From assembly GCA_965202585.1 (NCBI GenBank), contig OZ241827.1, positions 70,680,001-70,744,000 of the forward strand: a stretch of 64,000 nt of DNA, in the 5' to 3' direction. This document shows positions 60,601-64,000 of the stretch, piece by piece. Below the pieces are notes generated by a model, which saw only the letters and a program-made list of their open reading frames with translations, searched no databases and was not told the origin of the DNA. The stretch is from Thalia democratica (taxonomy: Eukaryota). Position 1 is the first letter of the stretch; each line of letters starts with the position of its first letter. The position numbers and the translations under genes were made by a program.

Positions 60601-63600
60601 TTAAAGCAGCGATTCTTAATCTGGGGTAAATTTACCCCTGGGGGTGAATTACTTTGCTTATGTTCTTGATTACAGTTCATGTAAATTTTTGTTTATTAGT
60701 TGTCTTTTTAATTTACAAGTTTGTATTTAACTGTTTATTTAAGTTAAATAAACTGTTTAAATTTTACAATTTTTTATATTTAATAAGCTTAAAGATAAAC
60801 AATCTAGTGTTTTTCCTCAAAATTAAACACTTTTTTGTATATTGGGCGTAAATTTAGTAATAACCTTCCAAAAAAAGGTAAAACATTAAAAAGATTAAGA
60901 ACCGATGAATGTAAATTAAAATGTTGTTAAGCATGACTTGTTTTATAATATTTAAATTTAAAAAAAAAACACTTAAACCTTAGCGTTTTCTTAAAAAGCA
61001 AAGCCTTTTAAATTAAGTATAAATTTTAGTATTACTTTTTTAAATAATTAGCCAAATTGAAACAAATAAATTCAAAGTAAGTTGCTTGTTAAACACATCA
61101 TTCTATTTATAACCAACTCTAGAGGAATTTACTTTTTTTAACATTTTTTTAACGTTTTCCTTATGCTTTTAGCTTCTTTGAAACTCATCTTGTCAAGAAT
61201 GTGGTGAAAATATACATGGAGTTTCTATCAGGTGGTTCCATATACAAAATACTTGAAAACTATGGACCCTTGCCTGAGAAAGTGTTTAAAAATTATTCAA
61301 AACAAATACTTAATGGTGTGAAGTATATACACTCAAAAAAAGTCATTCATCGGTTAGTGTTTTTTTGTGATAGAATAAAAATATTAAAGTTTTAAGTTTA
61401 GTTACAAAACATTTAATTGAACAGACAATACACAGTGATCAAACCTTTAGCTGAGTAAAGAGAATTTAATTAAACATTTAACTCTTGTTGGTATTTTCAT
61501 AAGTTAGGATATGGTATTCATGTAGTTTTTCAAGTTTTGTTATTTAATTGGAATTTCTACTCATAAATATTTAAGCCTCGTTATTATGGAAATTAAAATA
61601 ATGTAACTTTTGTTTTCGTTAAGTAGAGTCTAACTTAAACAAATGTTTAATGAGATAAGTATTTCTACAAAAAAAAAGTTTTTACTTTTGAAAGTTGTTA
61701 GTTAAGGCTATAGGGGGGGGGGGGGGGGGGGGGGGGTAAACCATGTTTTTTACAAGTTGATCTTATTTTATAGAGTTTTTTCTAAGCTTTGAGATGCTTT
61801 TTATTGTTTTAAAAAATTCAAATTATTTTTTGAGATATGACCAGTCAAAGTCGGGCCGCATAATAGGTTCCCTATGGGAAGGGAAAACTAAAACAGCAAA
61901 AAAAAACTATTTCATTTAAAATCTATCTCCTCCTACATTTTTCAAGCAATCTTCTTCAAACTTTCACAGTCTAATCTTTATACAATAACAAAAAAAAACG
62001 TTACTTTGGAATTTAAAAAATTTTATGTAAAAATATATTTTTTATGAAAAAAAAAACACTTTTTTTTTTAATTTTTGTGACAAAATTTTTATTTTTTTTA
62101 ATTATTAAAATTCTAAAGTAATGTTTTTTTCTTTTATTGTAAGGAACGTTTCCTGAAAATTTGAAGAAGATTGCATGAAAAATGAAGGAGAAGATAGATT
62201 TTTAGTGAATTTTAAAACTTACGATAAAATTGACCCCAAAAATTTGCGGTCCATACGTTTATACTAGAAAAATTTTACAAAAAATTAAATATCTCAAAAT
62301 TTAAATAATATTTTTGAATTCTATAAAAACTGGCTTGTAGTTTGAACTTAAAGCTTTCATATAAAAGCCAAATTCAATTTTTGTAAAAAAAAATGTTGGA
62401 CCCCCCCTATGGCCTTAAATCTAATTTAATAAGTTTTTACTAAAATTTGGTCACAGTTTACAAGTTCTACTTTTTAACTGCACACTAAAGATATATATAT
62501 ATATATATATAAAGAAGTGCAACTACTTCTAGCAAACGATTAATAAATTTGTAGTACGTTACTTTTTGTTAAAAAGTGTATAGTTATAATAAAAGTATTT
62601 AGATAAACATGCGTAGTATACATATTAAATAAAAATGTTTTTAAACTAGAAAATTTAAACTATAAAGTAAACCTGTTTAGTTTTATACTACATTATACTT
62701 GTAGTTTTCAGAATAAGTTTCTTAAAGTCAACAAAATAACTATTTATGTTGAACTTCAAAACAATAAACAAACAAAAGTTTGTTCATTTGACTTTGTAAG
62801 AATAAATGCACAATTCAAAGTTTTTTATATCAAGTGGTTAACAAATAAAGTGTAAAATTTAATTAAATAATAAACAAGTAAAGACTTGACTATTTACATA
62901 AAATAAAGACTATTCATTACGAACGTGAGATAAAAATTACATTGACAGTGATAAATTTTATTAAACTCAGAATGAAGTTTTTAGAAGTTTATGTACAAAA
63001 AAATTTAAGTGTAACATAACATTATTTAATGAAAAAATTGGAAAATTTCTTTGTACTGTGTGTTTATATCATTTGTAAAAACATTTACTGTTAAATCAAA
63101 AAATTCTTAGTTATATTATAAAGTTAAATCCTCAATACTTTGTTTTCAACCTTACCACAAAAACTTCAATAAACTTTAGTATAAAGTATGATAACACCCC
63201 TTAAACTAAAAATATTGGTTATTTATATTTATGTATATAGGTATATTTATAGGACATTTTATAGTCAACCTACATAAATCGAAATAGATTTAACAAATTT
63301 AATATAATACAAAAGTTAATTGTAGCAATTGAAGAGGGCTATATCATATCTTTTAGCCAATATTAGCTTGTAAAATTTAGATTATGGTGGGCATATTTTA
63401 AGGATGGCAGGTTCACCACAAAAAGTATTTTGTGGGCTGCACAGATTTGAAAAATTAAATAAGAACTATTTATTATAAAGTTTTAATAAAATGAGTACCA
63501 CTGAGTACTGACAAAAAAATTATGAACACATTGTTTAGTATTTGCTATAAAAAAATAATTTTGATATTTTTGTACTAGGTTTTATTTAAGCCAAAATATT

Positions 63601-64000
63601 ATTGTGGGACAGACGTTTTTGCTTGGCAGGTCGGATTGATGCTTAAGCTTTTTTTTTCAGCTCATATATATTAAATGTAATATGGTGATACTAAAATGAA
63701 CTATAAAACTTTTAGTTCATATTAAATCATACCAAGGGAAAGCATGAAGATTTCATAGGGGTAAACATCAATGATAATAAATTCAGTGTTTCTTAAGTTG
63801 CAAAGTCATTTTAAAATGAATTATTTATATAAGACATAACAATACAGGTAATTAATTCCCTATTCTGTCATCACGATTTGACATTCCCACAAGTTATAGA
63901 TACACAAATTATATTATATTGTTTGTGATTACTGTTTATCCTAACTAAAACAATTCTAACTTGCAGAGAAATAAAAAGCATCAATGTTATGTTATTACCA
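57653..64000 (+). CDS. MAP3K19: MAP3K19/YSK4-like paralog b, 3'-partial, candidate pseudokinase (exons 57653-58952, 59220-59308, 59593-59744, 61173-61352, 63967-window end)
   Basis: Same intron phases as paralog a, with exons 3 and 4 of identical length; [20 protein letters not shown]. Exon 5 begins ACTTGCAG|A GAA ATA AAA AGC ATC AAT GTT ATG TTA TTA CCA, giving HREIKSINVMLLP. Confidence 0.82.
60607..60907. mobile_element. Degenerate hAT-like MITE in intron 3 of MAP3K19b
   Basis: Imperfect TIRs CAGCGATTCTTAATCT / AGATTAAGAACCGATG; TSD not recognisable. Confidence 0.55.
61706..62414. mobile_element. Kolobok-like non-autonomous DNA transposon, 709 bp
   Basis: TTAA|GGCTATAGGGGGGG...CCCCCCCTATGGCC|TTAA: TTAA TSD with RR...YY termini. 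Its internal segment GAAC(G/A)TTTCCTGAAA recurs near 60193 and, diverged, near 40052. Confidence 0.75.

Noticed and set aside
61713-61736. Long poly-G run as a G-quadruplex element
   Set aside because: Part of the Kolobok-like terminal repeat (mirrored by the C run near 62401), and homopolymer length is unreliable.

Overview
Very AT-rich animal genomic DNA with GT-AG introns and many DNA-transposon relics. A Hydra-like hydrozoan origin is my inference from composition and repeat types, not a database result. The left part (about 2-27 kb) holds a cluster of six very short genes that the supplied ORF track misses because they are under 60 aa; for three of them the track shows only antisense shadows. 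Four are Pro-rich paralogs (family A, 42-56 aa) and two belong to a second family (family B, about 31 aa, one disrupted by a hairpin insertion). They share an E-box/TATA promoter architecture, and each family has its own conserved post-stop element. A3/B1 and A4/B2 form duplicated head-to-head pairs. A 5-exon 158-aa orphan gene lies between A2 and A3. The right part carries two divergently oriented MAP3K19/YSK4-like kinase paralogs: one complete with 7 exons, and one that runs off the window and reads HRE instead of catalytic HRD. It also holds an intronic tRNA-Ala(AGC) with an unusual C33, a PROSER3-like single-exon ORF, a young non-autonomous LTR retroelement with no gag-pol nested in a Tc1/pogo-like MITE, and several hAT, MULE-like and Kolobok-like MITEs. 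All alignments and translations were done by hand; no searches were run.
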